NCBI GenBank assembly: GCA_003971905.1
Contig: RSEE01000072.1
Location: forward strand, 1-64,000
Direction: 5' to 3'
From: Moniliella sp. 'wahieum'
Taxonomy: Eukaryota
DNA: 64,000 nucleotides
Shown piece after piece: positions 36,419 through 53,186 of this stretch (position 1 is its first letter; each line of letters starts with the position of its first letter). The notes under the pieces were generated by a model. It was not told the DNA's origin. It did not search any database and was given only the letters and a program-made list of their open reading frames with translations. The position numbers were made by a program, and so were the translations under genes.

Positions 36419-38503
36419 TCAGGATTCCAGTCCCTCGGCCAACTGTTCCGCCAAGCCATACAAGGCAGCGGAGAGGTGCGAGGAGACGAGGTAGGGGAGG
36501 ACACTAGCGTCGATGACGCGTAAAGAGCGTTTCGCGACGCCATAGACAGCTCCGGAGGGATCTACGACGCCTCCCTTATCCTTTGGTGCCATCTGGAGCG
36601 ATCCGACAGCATGTGCGACCGCCGCATACGATCCTGTGCCCCACTTGGCCCAATCGCGGTATGCGCCCAAGTTAGCGTCGACGGGCACGCGGGACGCTGG
36701 CGTGACTTCCTCGCCTACTGTACCGTTGAGTGGGGCAGAACGGAAAATGCGTCGGATCGCACGCCAGCCCGCAATGCTAATGTCCAGATCGAGTGGGACG
36801 GTCCAGTACCCTGGATCGACGTTTGGGGCAACAAATGGGTCCGTGGAGGAAATGTGTACCGATCCACGTGAGAGTGGGAACAAGTTCCAGCAATCGGTGC
36901 CTAAGGACGAATCGGGGAAGCCGTGATCGAGGAACGCTTCGAATACCCCGACGACGATCAAACAAGACGGATTCGATCGATTTCCATTGGGCAATCAGCG
37001 CGTCGGAAGATACGGCTCCACCGCGCTGCACGGTATCCTTTGCCCAGGTAGCGTAGTTTTGCTGCGCATAGCCACGCATGGCCGAAGCATTGCTAAATAG
37101 TTGGTACATGTTCGGGAAAGCAATTGTCGCACTGGACCGTGGCCCCAGAAGGGCGTGTGGGGCTGGTACCCAAGCGACTTTTCCGTCTGGTCTTGCAAGT
37201 TGGCCCCGACGCCCTCTAGGGGCACTTTGACGTTGATCCCCAGTTTCTTCTAGGCGCGCTGGATCGCCAATCCCGCCGCGCTCGAGGAACTGCGGCGAGC
37301 CAAGCGTGCCAGCCGAAACGACGACGCCCTTACGTGCGGTCAGGTGCACCCGGGTACCATTCTGCGTCTTTTGGATCGATGCGCCCGTAACGCGCGTCGG
37401 CTGGTCAGCGTCATGGAACAACGGGTGCACACCGCGCCAGCCAATCAACACTTTAAGATTGGAGCGTGAAAATTCAATTGGGGACAAGTAGCCTGTAGCT
37501 GACGATGAGCGTAGTTCCCCCGTCTTGTTATTCGCCACGGGTGATGGAGTTGGGTGTCGTAGCGCCCACACCGTACGATTCGCCATTGGACATATCGTAG
37601 ATTTGACGAAGCCCAATCGCCTTGTTGGCTGCCGTCAAAAGTCTTGCCCGTACGCATCAACGTACATGCGCTTTTTGTTCTGCGCCCGGGGCGGCCGCAC
37701 GCTGCGGTGCGACGCGGGGATGCACCCTCGTTCCCGTGCCGTTGGTTGGACACATTCGTCGCGGCGTGTAGGACACGTCGATCGGACCATTGTAGCCATG
37801 TACATCCTGTTCGGTTTTAAGGGTTTGAGGGGTTGGGCGGATGGTCAGTTTTGTCCTCTTCCCTAATACCTCACCCTCCTCCCGCACTGAAAATGCACAC
37901 CCTCGCCCGAGATGCAGGAAAGTCAAGACGAAAGGAACTCTGTACGTACCCAATCCGCGCCGGCGCCCAAGCGACGCTGCTTTTCCGTGGGCGCATGGAA
38001 AGTCTCTGCCTTTTTCATGTAGGGCAAGAGGTTGTCCCAGGTCCACTGGAGTTGCCCGTATAATTAGCCAAGGCATCCAACTCGGCCTTGGCGGTGTCCC
38101 CCAAGCACCGCCATTGATAGAGGTGCTACCACCAAGGGTGCGACCTGCATTGACAGTCCTATCTCCGCCCACTTGGTTGCGCGCGGCATAAGCCCAGTTG
38201 AGCTCAGTGGAAAAGGCTTCGGAGTACGTGTTGATGCTCTGGACTAGGGGGGAGGTACGGTTATCGCCACCTGCTTCGACGACGAGGACAGATAACCCCT
38301 TTCCACTCAACCGGTTCGCCGTCACTAGTCCACCGAGACCGCCGCCAATCACAATCCGTCCCATGTCGTGTGGCCACGTCGGCCACGTTGGACGTGATGG
38401 CGCTTGGGCCCGTGGAGGCGTGCGAGGACGAAGAGGAGGAGGAGGATGTGGCGGAGACAGCACATGCGACCAGGGGCGCAAGACAGAGACTTGCGAAACG
38501 CAT
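36419..38503 (-). CDS. Secreted GMC oxidoreductase, glucose oxidase/dehydrogenase-like (AA3_2)
   Basis: Signal peptide MRFASLCLAPLVACAVSA, FAD motif IVIGGGLGGLVTANRLS, GRTLGGSTSINGG, VVVSAGTLGSPQFLERGGIG, GVGANLQD, PLSRGSVHI and the His/His catalytic pair (AVAHAVGS...SSHL). Intron 37807-37949. Confidence 0.92.
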
Positions 38504-41500
38504 GGGTGCAAGCTGTGTGCGCGGGGATGGAAAGAGTGTAGGGTGTGAGGTGGGGGTGGGGGAGGGGAAGCGGGGGGAGGCCGGAGGGAGGGAGAAGTGC
38601 GAAGTAACGTGATGGGCGACGGGGGTAAAGAGAAAGAATGGAACTGTGCTACGTGCGAGACCTACTACCGTCTCTCCGGTGCCCTGCTGTGCTGCCATGC
38701 CACTGAGCGCAACTGAAGCGCACGCGCGAGAACGCCTGGCCGCCACGCAAGTCCGGCGCAGGCACGGAGGAGTGCTAAGGCCCACGGCGAAACGGCCCAA
38801 GGCTATAAGGAAGCCCTGTGCAAGCGCCCACTAAGCCTTCGCAGTAACTAGTAAGCGCTACTGAGCCTCTCGCGCTCTGCCGTTGAAGCATCAGCTTCAC
38901 ATGAAGCGGCTGGTGCGCCAACTGCTGTGCTGCTGTGTGCGGAGCGTATACGAGTACTGAGTACGGGGGAACTGTGTGTGGAGGTGCGGGCGAGGCGATC
39001 TTGTTCCTGCACTTGGCTTGTACGTCCTGTGCCTTGTCCAAGAGCAGCTGGCCGCGTGCGGTGCGTCCCAAACTAGCAACTCGGCTGGGTGAGACCAGGG
39101 CGCCACACCCGGCGTGGCGCTGGCTGAGCGGCTGAGCTGGCCAGCCTGCTCGCTCAATCATAACATTAATCGTTGGCCTGCTGCGGCGCGCGGCAGCAGA
39201 CAGCCAGGCGGGGACCAGCGATCATCTGCCCATCCACCAGCATCATCCATCAGCTTCAAGCTTCAAGAGTGTCCCAGATCCCATGTCAATTCCTCTGACG
39301 CGATGGTCGGTGATCGATGACGATGGTCGAAGGTCGTGGCTTGGCAGGTTTCCAGAGGGTGACCAGTTGCCGCGTGGGCGAGGCGGGGCGGGGCGAGGCG
39401 GGGCGTCGGAGTTGGAGGGCAAGCAGCTGTCGATCCTGCTCAAGAGCAAGAGCAAGAGCAAGAGCACGAGTAAGCAACGGGAAGTCGGAGGCCGATGGTC
39501 GATGGATGGCCCATGTGGATGGGATTGCTCGACGTGAGCAACGAGCAACGGCGCGGACGCGAGGATGTGCGGGGACGGAGGCGCAGGGTGTAGTAGTAGT
39601 GGTGGGGCATAGTATAGGAAGCGAAAAGCGCTAAGCTAGTAAATGATCTTTTAAAGCTTAATGATCGACTCTTCGCTTGCTGAAGCAGTACGTACAGCGG
39701 AGTCCGAGTACGGAGTAGTGTACCGAGTACCGGGAACGAGAGCACGAAGGAGTGATTAATGATTCGCTACTCGTGTTCGGCTCAGCTGAGCGCTCCAGCT
39801 GATGCAGGTGAAGCGAGGATGGTCATGTCGATGATGATGTGAATGATCGATGGCACGATGGCGAGGAGCCTTTGAGCTTTTGAGTGAGGCCTTTGAAATT
39901 TGAGGCCGAGGCCTGAGGGGCTGGCAGTGGCTAACGCGGCCAGGGGACTGTCTGACGTTGAACGCTGATGCTCGCGTGCGAGCGTCGATCATTACTTTTA
40001 GTCATCATTTTCACTGCATTCGTCGCGAAAAAGCACATGGTATGGTACTCGTCCTCAAGTACTCATCAGCGAGGTACCATGTGCTACTACTCCAGGTTAC
40101 TAGTGACTAGTGACTCCCCTCGCCTCCTGTTCCCAGTTCCCAAGTTCTCTTCAATCGTTCCGCGTCCGCGTTACATGTTACACGCGTTCCATCCATCCGT
40201 CGCAGACCACTGCCTGTCCCAAGCACACAAAAAACCATCCGAGGCGGGTCACATGGTCACGGTCATCGGTCTCAGCCCGGCACAGGCAAAGTCCCCAGCC
40301 CGCTAACGTTCTAGCCTGTTGAGAGTAGGATCGAGCATCCTCTTCGGTCCGTTCGGTCCTTTCGGTTTCAGGCCTTCAGGGATCGACGGTCGGATCTCCG
40401 AATCTCCGAGTCACCGATCATTCATTGGTTCAGATATCTCAGATCTCAGCGATTACCACACATCATGCGTGACGCATTGGTAGCTTTGGTGCCAGTGCTT
40501 GGCGATCGTCGTCGGGCCCGGGAACCCGGCAACATTAACCACTGAACAATGGTAACTCTAGCAACGAGTACCTCTACCAACTATACTAGAGCAAATGGAA
40601 CAGAAAACAGGCTAGTTACAGCCCCCAGACACGTCTCCGCACGCCCCAACATGCAGTTGTCTATTCACCATCGACCATCCATCCAGTCATCGGCCTCTCG
40701 TTGCCGGCCCATCTGGACCGACGACATGGACGACAATGCACCGTAGAGAAAGAAGTACCGGGATCGGGGGGAACATATATCGGCTACACAAGCTGCTACA
40801 AAGCTAGTATGGGACCCCATCCATTCGGCTGAGAGATGCTCGGCCGTGCCATATCGACTCTAGCTTTCTGGCGAGGGGAGGGCAAACAGAGGGCCAAAAA
40901 GTGTCCCTGCGCATATCGCGAGTCCACCCCTCTATAGTCTTAGGCTTTAGGCCCACATTCGCCGTCCTTAATTCCTCTACTGGCAGAAGGGCAGGCTAGG
41001 GTGCTGAGACGGCAGGACCTTTAGAGGGGAAGAGGGGCTACAGAGCTTGAAAGCGTAACCTCCCGAAGCGCTTTGGTCAGGGCAAGTCCACGCCTGTGCG
41101 TTGACTCGTCCCGTCGTTCGATCGATACACACTTTTGGGCGGTGTTTACTTGTATACCACAAAAACAAACAATGAGGAACGGAGAGCGTTGTAGTGTTGG
41201 CATTGCAAATTGTACTGCTATGTCCAAGCCCGTCCAAGTTCGTGTGTGTAGTGATGACAGATGACGCGATGATGGAGCGCCGTAAGGAATCAGCCCAGAT
41301 CCGCCAGACGCGAGTGAAGACCAAAAAGACCCAAAAGTTCTCGGGTCATTTCCAATTCTATACCAATTCCGTCGCGCTTCTCCTTATCGTCCCTTTTGTC
41401 CCTCTTTTGGTCTTGTTGATGCCGGCCAAGTTCGTCCGATGCGTCTGATGCGCTTGCTTTCTCCACAAACCACGTTGCCACTCTCCCCATCTTATACTGT

Positions 41501-42860
41501 AGGACTGGACCGTGGTCTCGGTCGGCCGGGATGACCTGGGCGACACCCCGTGACAACATCAACAGTCCACTAGTTACCATCCACCAGTCAGATCTCAGAG
41601 ATCTGACAGGATCAGCCGTCACCCACAAGCTGGCCTTCCCTCTGGTGCTTCCCTCATAGAGAGACACTTGTGTTCACGCTTGGTTAGTCTATGCACTGCC
41701 GAGATGTTCTGCCCTCTGTGCCCTCGCCCAGCATCAGCCATCAGCCAGCTACCTGCATCTCGCGACCATGTGCCAGCGGTCTCTCTATGGCGCGCCCCCC
41801 CTGTCGCCCTTCTGCCTACTCCTCCCGGGGGCATCACCGACGCTCCGGTACGCCTCTGGCCTTCCCGTCAGGGCCAGAGCGTATCATCCGTCTGTTTGTG
41901 CCCTTGCCTTTCCGGTCCTATAGGTGCGAGTAAACCCCATGGCCGGTCGCGAGGGCACGATCGTACCGTTTTGGCTTACCGACTTGCGCACTCATTTGCC
42001 ATTTCTTGTGTTCTTCTTTTCTGTCTTTTGTCTTCTGTCTTCTGTCTTCTGTCTTCTCTGCTTGTCCCATTTACCGGTGTTGGTGGGAAGGTGTCTCTGT
42101 GGACGCTGGATCATGGTTCGGTCGGGAGGGATGCGATATGCCCTGATGGTACGCTGACATGATGCCATGGTGACATGGGTCAGACATACGCTTGTCCCCA
42201 CGCTGATGCATTGGTACCTCGTCTGCCTCTTCCGCCTCCTCGTCGTCCGACATGCCGCCCTTACACAGCTTTCCCACCGGCTCGCCCATTACCTCACCGT
42301 CGTATGGCCCACACAATCCAAACCCCCCAACGGCCCTGCCATGGCCTTGGCTGGCAGTTGCTTCTCCAGCCTTGATCACCAACCCTCATCGCACTCCCAC
42401 CCGCATCCGCACTCGCACTCGCACTCGCACCATGTGGTGGGGACATGTGGTGGGGAGCGAGAGTGGGGGGGATGGGAATGGATCTGTGTGCGTGAGCGTG
42501 TTGGATAGGCTGGGGATGGATGGAGGTGGTAGTGGTTGGGTTCGGGTTGGGCGCCAAGACGGTTCAGGACCGTGGCTCCCATGCGTCGACGCTCCCGAGC
42601 TGCGTGACGGAGTAAGGCGATGAATACTGAACACGTGATGTCCCGTGTGACATGTGATGTCTGGCCACATGCGATCGGCGTGGCTCATCACGTGGCGTGT
42701 CACTGGGCGCTCTGATTGGGCCGGTGCAATTGGAAGGCGGCGCAACTAGCATTTCATTGTGGCATTGCTACGGAGCCTCCGAGCCTCCGTCTGCTTCGCA
42801 GCCGCAGCGGGGGGAGGACAAGAGCACGAGCAACAGGAGGCGGGTATTGGGATGGGACGC

Positions 42861-43634
42861 TTAGACAAACCCAAGCAGCGTGGGCGTCTTTTGCGCATAC
42901 GCGTCGTAGGCAGGGAAGAAGGCGCGCAGATGATGTTCTTCATGGCGGATGCGGCGGCGGAAAAAGTTGCCGAGCACCACGGCAAACAACACCACACTCA
43001 CCGGGTTGGCCAGCAGGATTTGGGTGCCCACCGCCCAGTAGAAGAAGCCAACGTAGCTCGGGTGCCGCGAGTAGGCATACACACCCGATGTGACCAGCTC
43101 GTGGCGGTCGCTCTTGGACGTGGCGACGACATGGGAAAAGTTCTCTGCCGCATGGACCATCGCGAGCGAACGCACGGTCTGGCCGGCCAGGACGAGTACA
43201 AGGCCTGTGGTCACCCCAAACAACACAAACAGGTCAGGACGCTGTCGTCTAGCGAAAACAAAATACAAAAACAGAAAAGCACCTACCGAGCCACAAGGTC
43301 CAGGGGGGCGGCACCCAGCCGAGGTACGCTTCCACCTCCATTCCAGCACGCCAGTGGCCATGGCAGCCCAGTAGGCCTCGCCGTTGCGCAGAAGGAACGA
43401 GTCGGGGGACACACGGGAGGGTGCATAGCGCGCCGTGACGACAAACTCGAGGAGGTGGAAGAGGGAGAGGAAGACGACAAAGCACGCGAGGCGCGGGCCA
43501 AGGACGAGGGGCGCGTCGGAGGAGAGACGCTGAGGGCGCGGGGGGGGCGAGGCCGATGGCGAGGCCGAGGCCGGAGCCGCTGAGCGCGCTCTGGAGCAGC
43601 GCGTGCGCCGGGCGCGACGTACAACGGAGGCCAT
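42861..43634 (-). CDS. STE14: Isoprenylcysteine carboxyl methyltransferase
   Basis: FHLLEFVVTARY..DSFLL, GQTVRSLAMVHAAENFSHVV, HELVTSGVYAYSRHPSYVGFFYWAVGTQILLANP and RIRHEEHHL..F..YDAY. Confidence 0.95.
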   Translation of the reverse strand: MASVVRRARRTRCSRARSAAPASASPSASPPPRPQRLSSDAPLVLGPRLACFVVFLSLFHLLEFVVTARYAPSRVSPDSFLLRNGEAYWAAMATGVLEWRWKRTSAGCRPPGPCGSVGAFLFLYFVFARRQRPDLFVLFGVTTGLVLVLAGQTVRSLAMVHAAENFSHVVATSKSDRHELVTSGVYAYSRHPSYVGFFYWAVGTQILLANPVSVVLFAVVLGNFFRRRIRHEEHHLRAFFPAYDAYAQKTPTLLGFV

Positions 43635-43951
43635 GGGGGGGGCGGTGGGAGCGGCGTCGGCCGGGCGGCGAGCGCGCACAAAGGGAGGCCGCCAGGGCAC
43701 ACTTTGCAATGGCTCATTAATCATTAATCACGGCCCTCGGCGCCGCGGGCGGAATGGGCGGCGAAGCAGCGTGCTTCCGCCCGGCGCACCCACGCGGGCA
43801 CGGCGCCAGTGTTGCGTGGCGCCCCCGCGGCCGCCGCGCAGACGCCCTCCGACGCACCGCACGGCTGGATGCACTCGACCACCACCGGCGTCCACCCGCC
43901 GCCGACGACCTTCTCCACGGCCTGCTCGCCTCTGCCCTGCCCTGCGCCGCC

Positions 43952-46900
43952 ATGCAGATGCTCACCAAGGTATGCCCCTGCCCCTGCTCCCTGTCCGCCT
44001 GCTGACCCCCCCCGCCCCCCCCCCAGTTCGAGAGCAAGAGCAACCGCGTCAAGGGCGTCGCCTTCCACCCGTCTCCCGCTCCTCGCCGCCACGCTCCACA
44101 ACGGCAGCGTCCAGCTCTGGAACTACCAGACCGGCACCATCGTCGACCGCCTCGACGAGCACACCGGCCCCGTCCCGGCGCCGACTTCCACCACCACCCA
44201 GCCCGCGTCACGTGCGCGACGACTACCAGATCAAGGTGTGGAACCACAAGACCGCACGTGCGTCTTCACCCTCAGCGGCCACCTCGACTATGTCCGCACC
44301 GTCTTCTTCCACCGTCCAGCCCTGGTCCTCAGTGCGTCCGACGACCAGACCATCCGCATCTGGAACTGGCAGTCGCGCCAGTGCATCGCCATCCTCACCG
44401 GCCACAACCACTACTGCATGAGCGCCCAGTTCCACCCCACCCGGACCTCATCGTCAGCGCCTCCATGACCAGACCGTGCGCGTGTGGGACATTAGTGCCT
44501 CCGCCAAAAGTCGACGCGGCCTCGGCGGCGACATGATGGCCTCCGCTGCCGCTGCCGCTGGCACGCCCAAACGCTCGAAGACCATCTTGCGCGCGCGGCC
44601 TACGGCGCCGGCGCCGGCGCTGGCGCAGGCGCTGGTGTTGACATGTTTGGCAACACGGATGCGATGGTCAAGTATGTGTTGGAGGGCCATGACCGTGGGT
44701 CAACTGGGCCTCTTTCCACCCCACTTTGCCCTCATCGTCTCGGCCGGTGACGATCGCCAGATCAAGTTGTGGCGCATGAGCGAAACCAAGGCGTGGGAGG
44801 TGGACACGTGCCGTGGCCACTTTAACAACGTTTCTTCGCCTCTTCCATCCGCGTCATGGCCTCATCATTTCTGCCCTCGGAGGACAAGACGATCCGTGTA
44901 TGGACCTGGAAAAACGTACGGCTGTCCAAACCTCCGTCGGAGGTGGATCGGTTCTGGGTCCTGGTCGGCCATCCGACGGTCAACCTCTTTGCTGCCGGCC
45001 ACGACAATGGACTGATCGTGTTCAAGTTGGAACGGGAACGACCTGCGCACACGGTGCACAACAACTCGCTCTACTATGTCCGCGACAAGCAGGTCCGTCA
45101 CCTCGACTTTACTACCAACACGGATGTTGCTGTCTTGTCGCTGGAAAATCTAGGATCCAAGTTCACGCCCCCGCGGAGCCTCTCGTTTAACCCTGCCGAG
45201 CGCTCCGTCCTCGCTGTCGCCACGACGGGCAACGATGTCAATGCTAAGGGCAGCTTCCATCTAGCTCCGTTGCCGCGTGATGCGCAGGCATCGGGCCAGG
45301 CTACGCTTCCGGACTCGGCCCAAACGGGCCTCAAGGGCGCCTGTTCCGCCGCCATCTTTGTCGCGCGCAACCGGTTCGCCATTCTCAATCGGGCCAGTCA
45401 GACGATCGAGGTACGGGACCTGAACAATGTGGTAACCAAAACGATTGCGTGTCCTGTACCCTCCTTTGCGGCACAGGCGGCTCCCAGCCCGGCTGGAACG
45501 GGCGTCACGGATTTCTTCCCGGCCGGAACCGGGCAACTGCTGTTGTCCACGCCGGCTGGGGTGATGCTCTTTGACCTGGGCCAGCAGCGGGTCTTGGCTG
45601 AGCTGGCCAACCCGCCGGTCAAGTACGTGGCGCGGCATACGGACGGCCAGCTGGCGCTCTTGTCCAAGCACACCTTGACGTTGACCCAGGCGGACCTGTC
45701 TCAGCCTCGTCTGATCCACGAAACGATCCGGATCAAGAGTGGTGGATGGGACGAGAGTGGGGTGGTGGTGTACACGACTCTGAACCACATCAAGTATGCT
45801 CTGCCTTCGGGCGACCATGGGATTATCAAAACGCTTCGTCAACCTGTCTATGTCGTACGCGCTCGTGGCAAGTCCATTGTCGTTCTCGATCGTCAGGCGC
45901 AGGTGGTTACCATCCCCGTCGACCCGACCGAGTACCGGTTCAAGTTGGCTCTAGCGCAAGAGCGATACGAGGACGTTTTGTCGCTCATCCAACACTCCAA
46001 CTTGGTCGGACAGGCGATCATTGCCTACCTCCAGAAAAAGGGGTACCCTGAAATCGCACTCCACTTTGTCTCGGACCCTACCACGCGGTTCGACCTCGCC
46101 CGAAACGGGCAACCTTGAAGTGGCACTTGAGATGGCCGAGCAACTAGGAGCCGATGCAGTGTGGCGCCGCCTCGCTGACACAAGCTTACGGTTGGGTAAC
46201 GTCAAGGTTGCCGAACGTGCGCTGCAGAAGACCAAACGGTTGGAACAGTTGTCTTTCCTCTACCTTCTCACTGGCCACCAAGACAAGTTGGCCAAGATGG
46301 GTACGATTGCAGAGAAGCGCGGAGACATGCTGAGTCGGTTCCAAAACGCATTGTTCTTGGGCGATGCCAGCAAACAGACTGCGGTTCTGCAAGACGTTGG
46401 ATTGGACGCATTGGCATACGCCAAAGCGATCGCTTCGGGTTTGCCACCGCCCGCGGGGCTCGTGCCCCCCCACGCCACGGGCTTGCCTTCTTCTGGACAA
46501 GCTTCGCTTTCGCTCCCGGCTATTGTCACGCCTGCTTCGGTTGCGGGCAACTGGCCGCACAAGCCCGGTGCCGAATCGTTCTTTGATCGTGCGTTGGCTG
46601 CTGGGGCTGCGGTGGCGGAGGTGGAGCAAGAGCAGGACGACTGGTTGGACCAGGAGGACGGGTTTGGGTCCAGCAAGGAGGACGATCCGGAAGGTGTTGG
46701 CTGCTACGGGAGGGTGCTGGCTGCGCCCGAGGTGGAGGCAGGTGGGGAAGAAGCGTGGGATTTGGAGGACGAAGTTGGGGCCGGAGCGGCGGGGTAGAGG
46801 AAGAAGTGGCACTGCCTGCGTTGGTGGACCCGACTCAGGAGCGGACCTGGTGCCGGCTCGGACGAGGCGGAACATTGGTTGCGCAACTCGACTGTCGCCT

Positions 46901-47806
46901 CGGTTCATGCGGCCGCGGGTAGCTTCGAGACGGCCATGCTGCTGCTTCAGCGGCAAGTGGGCGTGGTGGACTTTGCACCGCTCAAGCCCATCTTTATGGC
47001 CTTGTCGTTGGGTGCCAAGGCATCTCTGCCTGCTGCTCCGGGCTTCTCGCCGGTGGGGGGGGAGACCTGGCTATTCCGTTGCGGGAGGATGTGGACGAGA
47101 CGGAGCTGGCCAAGCGGCTGCCCGTGCGTCTGTGGACGGTACAGGAGCTGGCTGCCTCGGAACTCGGCGAGGCGTACCGCGCCGTGGCGCAAAACAAGTT
47201 GGCGAGGCGCTGAGTCTGTTCCAGCAGCTGCTCTTCAAGGCCATTTGACCCGGGGCGCCAATGCGTCGAGGGGGCCGAGGTGGCGGACCTGGTCGCGCTC
47301 TGCCGCGAGTACCTGCTCGGAATCTCGATTGAGCTGGAACGACGCAAACTCGTGGCGCAAGACAGCGCGTTTGCCCATTCGTCGCGTGGACTGGAACTGG
47401 CATTGCTCTTTACTCGCACGCAGCTGCAACCGGCGCACCAGCTCATTGCGCTTCGGTCCGGAATGGGCTGGCAAGCAAAGCAGGTAACCTGTTGATGGCT
47501 GCCTCGCTCGCAAGCGTATTCTCCAACTCAGTGTCACCCCGACCGCGTCGCGCAGCAGGCTCAGCAAGTCATCTCGCTCGCCGACCGCAACCCGCGGGAC
47601 TTGGTCCCGGTCGAGTATGGCCAGGAAGAAGGCACGATCTGCGCCGGCTCCTTCACTTGGATTTCTGGTGACGTGCTGCGCCAACCGGGCGGCACGGTGC
47701 GCGACCCGCTCACGGGCGCCGTCTATCTCGCTCGTTACCGCGGCGAACGGGCGCTGTCGGGATCAGCCAGGTGGGCCGGCCCGGCACTGGCTTGCGCTCC
47801 TTTTAG
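43952..47806 (+). CDS. COP1: Coatomer subunit alpha (alpha-COP)
   Basis: MQMLTK, intron 43970-44026, [17 protein letters not shown]40 repeats ([28 protein letters not shown]), [22 protein letters not shown] and [18 protein letters not shown]. Confidence 0.97.
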
Positions 47807-47955
47807 TCTCACACCAAAAACAACTGGCAATGTATGCAACGAGATTGGGTTCCGGATCTGACAAGTACAGCCGAGGGGAAAGGAGAGGGAGGGGGAGGAG
47901 AGGGAGAAGGAGAGGGGGAAAGAGGGGATGAGAGATGAGTTCGTCGATGAGACTA

Positions 47956-49956
47956 CTAGGCAGATGGGACAGAAGGTAGGACCTGTCGTCGTTTTTTCAG
48001 TTTCTTCTTTTGGCCCTTGGAGAGTTTGGGTGGGTCAGGTCGCTCGGTTGTTCGCCGGGTCCAAGGTCGGGGGGAGCAGCTTGCGCTTCTTGCGGGCCGG
48101 CTCGGCCGCCGCGGCATCGCGCGCAAACAGCGCGACAAAGAAGCCGTTGGAGGCGTTCGTGTGGCATGCCCCGGCCTCAGGTTCGGGCGAGGGGGAGTCA
48201 AACAAGCCCCCCGGGTACGCACGCAAGACGGCATTGGTGTCCATCGCGTTCTCGCGTTCGCGTTCGCTTCGTCCTCCTCGTCCTCGTTGTGCTCGAGCGC
48301 GACGCCGCGATGGGGCCAGTGGGCCAAGGGCCCTTGCGCCGACGCAGACACCAAGTGCCACCCGCGTTGCTGGGCCAAGGGCAACTGCAACGCCCGCGCC
48401 ACCACTTGCTCGTTCTCTTCCCGATGCACCGAGCAGTCGAGTAAGTAAAGCCTCGAGAGAAGGGAACTTCATTGCCTGTTCAATCATCTTGACTTGCAGA
48501 CCGCTCAAGTGAGCCAGACGGTCCTTCTCGTCCTCGGGTCCATGACCATCGTCCGCCTCGTCTCGGCGCGTGCTGTGAGTTGGTCCCACCGGCCCAGAAT
48601 CCCCGACCCAGAGCAGGACGGGTCCAGAGCAACAGACGCACGTCCGACCAATCTTCGTGGCTGGGTCGAGCGCAAGAAAGTCGCCTTGGACAGCGGTGGT
48701 GTTGTGCATACCGAAGCGGGACGGATCGGAGGCCACGCGCCCACGCGCCGTAGTTGACCCTGAAGCGTCACATAGCGTTTGCGGTCGCGTCTAGCGCGCC
48801 CAAAGCCCACTCTGGCACCTCGGCATGCAACAGCGCAGATAAATGCGACGTCTTGTTCCCTGGTGCCGCCGTCGTCCAGCGCACGCACACGGCCGTCGGT
48901 CGGCGCGACGGGTGTCGCAGGCGTGTCGGCCAGAGCACGTACAATCGAGGAATGGACGTGGAGGGGCCTCCTGCCGGTCCGGAAGGGAAAAGTAGTAGGA
49001 CGCCAGCAGTTGGGCCGGGAAGCAGGACGCAAGGTCTTGCAGCACGATGGCGCCGTGGGTGTACCACTCCGAGGCGAGCAGGGTGGAGGTGAAAGAAGGA
49101 TGGAAGGCATATACGTTGGGCACATGACTCGACCGGGCAAACGAGGTGCGACGCGCCTAACCAGACGCCCTCGGGACCAGACGCGACAAGATGCAACCCA
49201 GCGTCCTGCGCCCACTTCTCAAATTGCTCTTGGGGCGAGATGCTGCCCCCCCCCCCCCCCCTCCTCCTCCTCCTCTTCCTTCGTGCCTCGCCCCAACGCG
49301 GGCACGCGCGGGCACCAGACGCACCCAGCGGGGCACACGCGCCGTCGCCTGCCGCTCGTCCCGGTCAGACGTAGCTCGTCCAGCGTCGATGCGCCGCGGG
49401 CAAGTTGGATTCGTACTAGGGCAGCATGCAAGCGGGCGCGTTGGGAGGTCAGGGCGACCAAGGGCGGGTACGAAGCGCCGGCCTGGATCTTGCCGCGGGG
49501 GAGATGAGCAGGTCATGGAGCAAGACGCGGGCCAAGCTCGCTGCTGACGGCCGCGCCTCGCCTGCTCCCTTGGACCAGCGGTGGAGGTGGAGGAGCAGGA
49601 GTAGAAGTAGAAGCAGCAGCATGAGCAGGAGGAAGGTGCTTGCGCTTGCGCTTGTGCTGGTTTCCTTGTGTGCGCGGGCGGATCGGCGGTCGATGGTGGT
49701 GGCAACGCGGGGGGGCGGCGCCTCCTCGGGTCCAGTCGGGGGAGTTCTTTCCGGGACGCAGGAGGTCGGTGCGCTGGATCAGCTCGTCGAGCACGGCGGC
49801 GTAGGCGAGCGTGTTGGCGCAGAGGGCGAGCAGGCGGCGCTTGTGCGCTTGGCTGCCGCCCTTGGCTGCGGAGGCTGCGACGATGGCCTTGAGGCTGCTC
49901 GTGTGCTCCGCGACGGCGTCCAGCACGCCGGCGGCCTCGAGGTAGAAGGAAGCCAT
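47956..49956 (-). CDS. RCM1: 25S rRNA m5C methyltransferase Rcm1/NSUN5
   Basis: IVLQDLASCFPAQLL, AAPGNKTSHLSALL, LDPSCSGSGI, QAMKFPS, YSTCS.HREENEQVV and SNGFFVALFAR. Confidence 0.9.
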
Positions 49957-50262
49957 GGCGGATGTCGGTGATGCCGAGGATGCGTCGACCAACTCCAGTG
50001 GCGCTCCGGCCTGCTAACCCACGAAGGAGAAGAAACGAACAAGACGAACACGAAGACCAGGAAGAAAAAAGCCAACCAGCGCGCCAAAACGAAAAGCGAA
50101 AAAGAAATCAACGCGAATTGGGGCCGATTAAAGTATTTCTAAAGTGGGTGCGTGCTGGGGGCGCGATGGGCGGTGGCAGGTGCGCACGTTGCCTTAACCC
50201 CACCGCCACCGCCACCGCCACCGCCCATCGCGCCCGCGAGCTCGAGCTTGAACTTGGCCACG

Positions 50263-52791
<2,529 letters not shown>

Positions 52792-53186
52792 GATGTGGAG
52801 CTGCTTGCGTGAGCAGATGGGAGGCAATCGCATGCTTGGGACACTGCCGACAGCCGGAAGCACTGGTGTCGATGGGGGGGATGATCGATGATGCAGCCGA
52901 TAGATATACAGTGCCAGGGTGCCAGGGCCAGGAGGGGCACTGGCCCGTGCGTGTCCCATCCATCCGCCGCGCGGGCGGGGGGGGCAGTGTATGACGCATG
53001 GGCATGCGACAGACGCGAGAAGCGGACACCGGAGGATCGATGACGATGAGGTCGATGAGGGGGAACCAGCGGGCAGTCGTCCCATCCCATCCCATCCCAT
53101 CCCATCCCATCCCCTCCCCTCCGCTTCGTTCTCCTCGTGGCTGATGCGGCGAGGCGGTGGAGGCGTTCGGGACGCGCGACACGCGC

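Noticed and set aside
38600..42860. CAAX pheromone precursor or mating locus near STE14
   Set aside because: I saw no convincing small ORF ending in CAAX and no receptor or homeodomain gene. ORFs under 60 aa were not exhaustively scanned.
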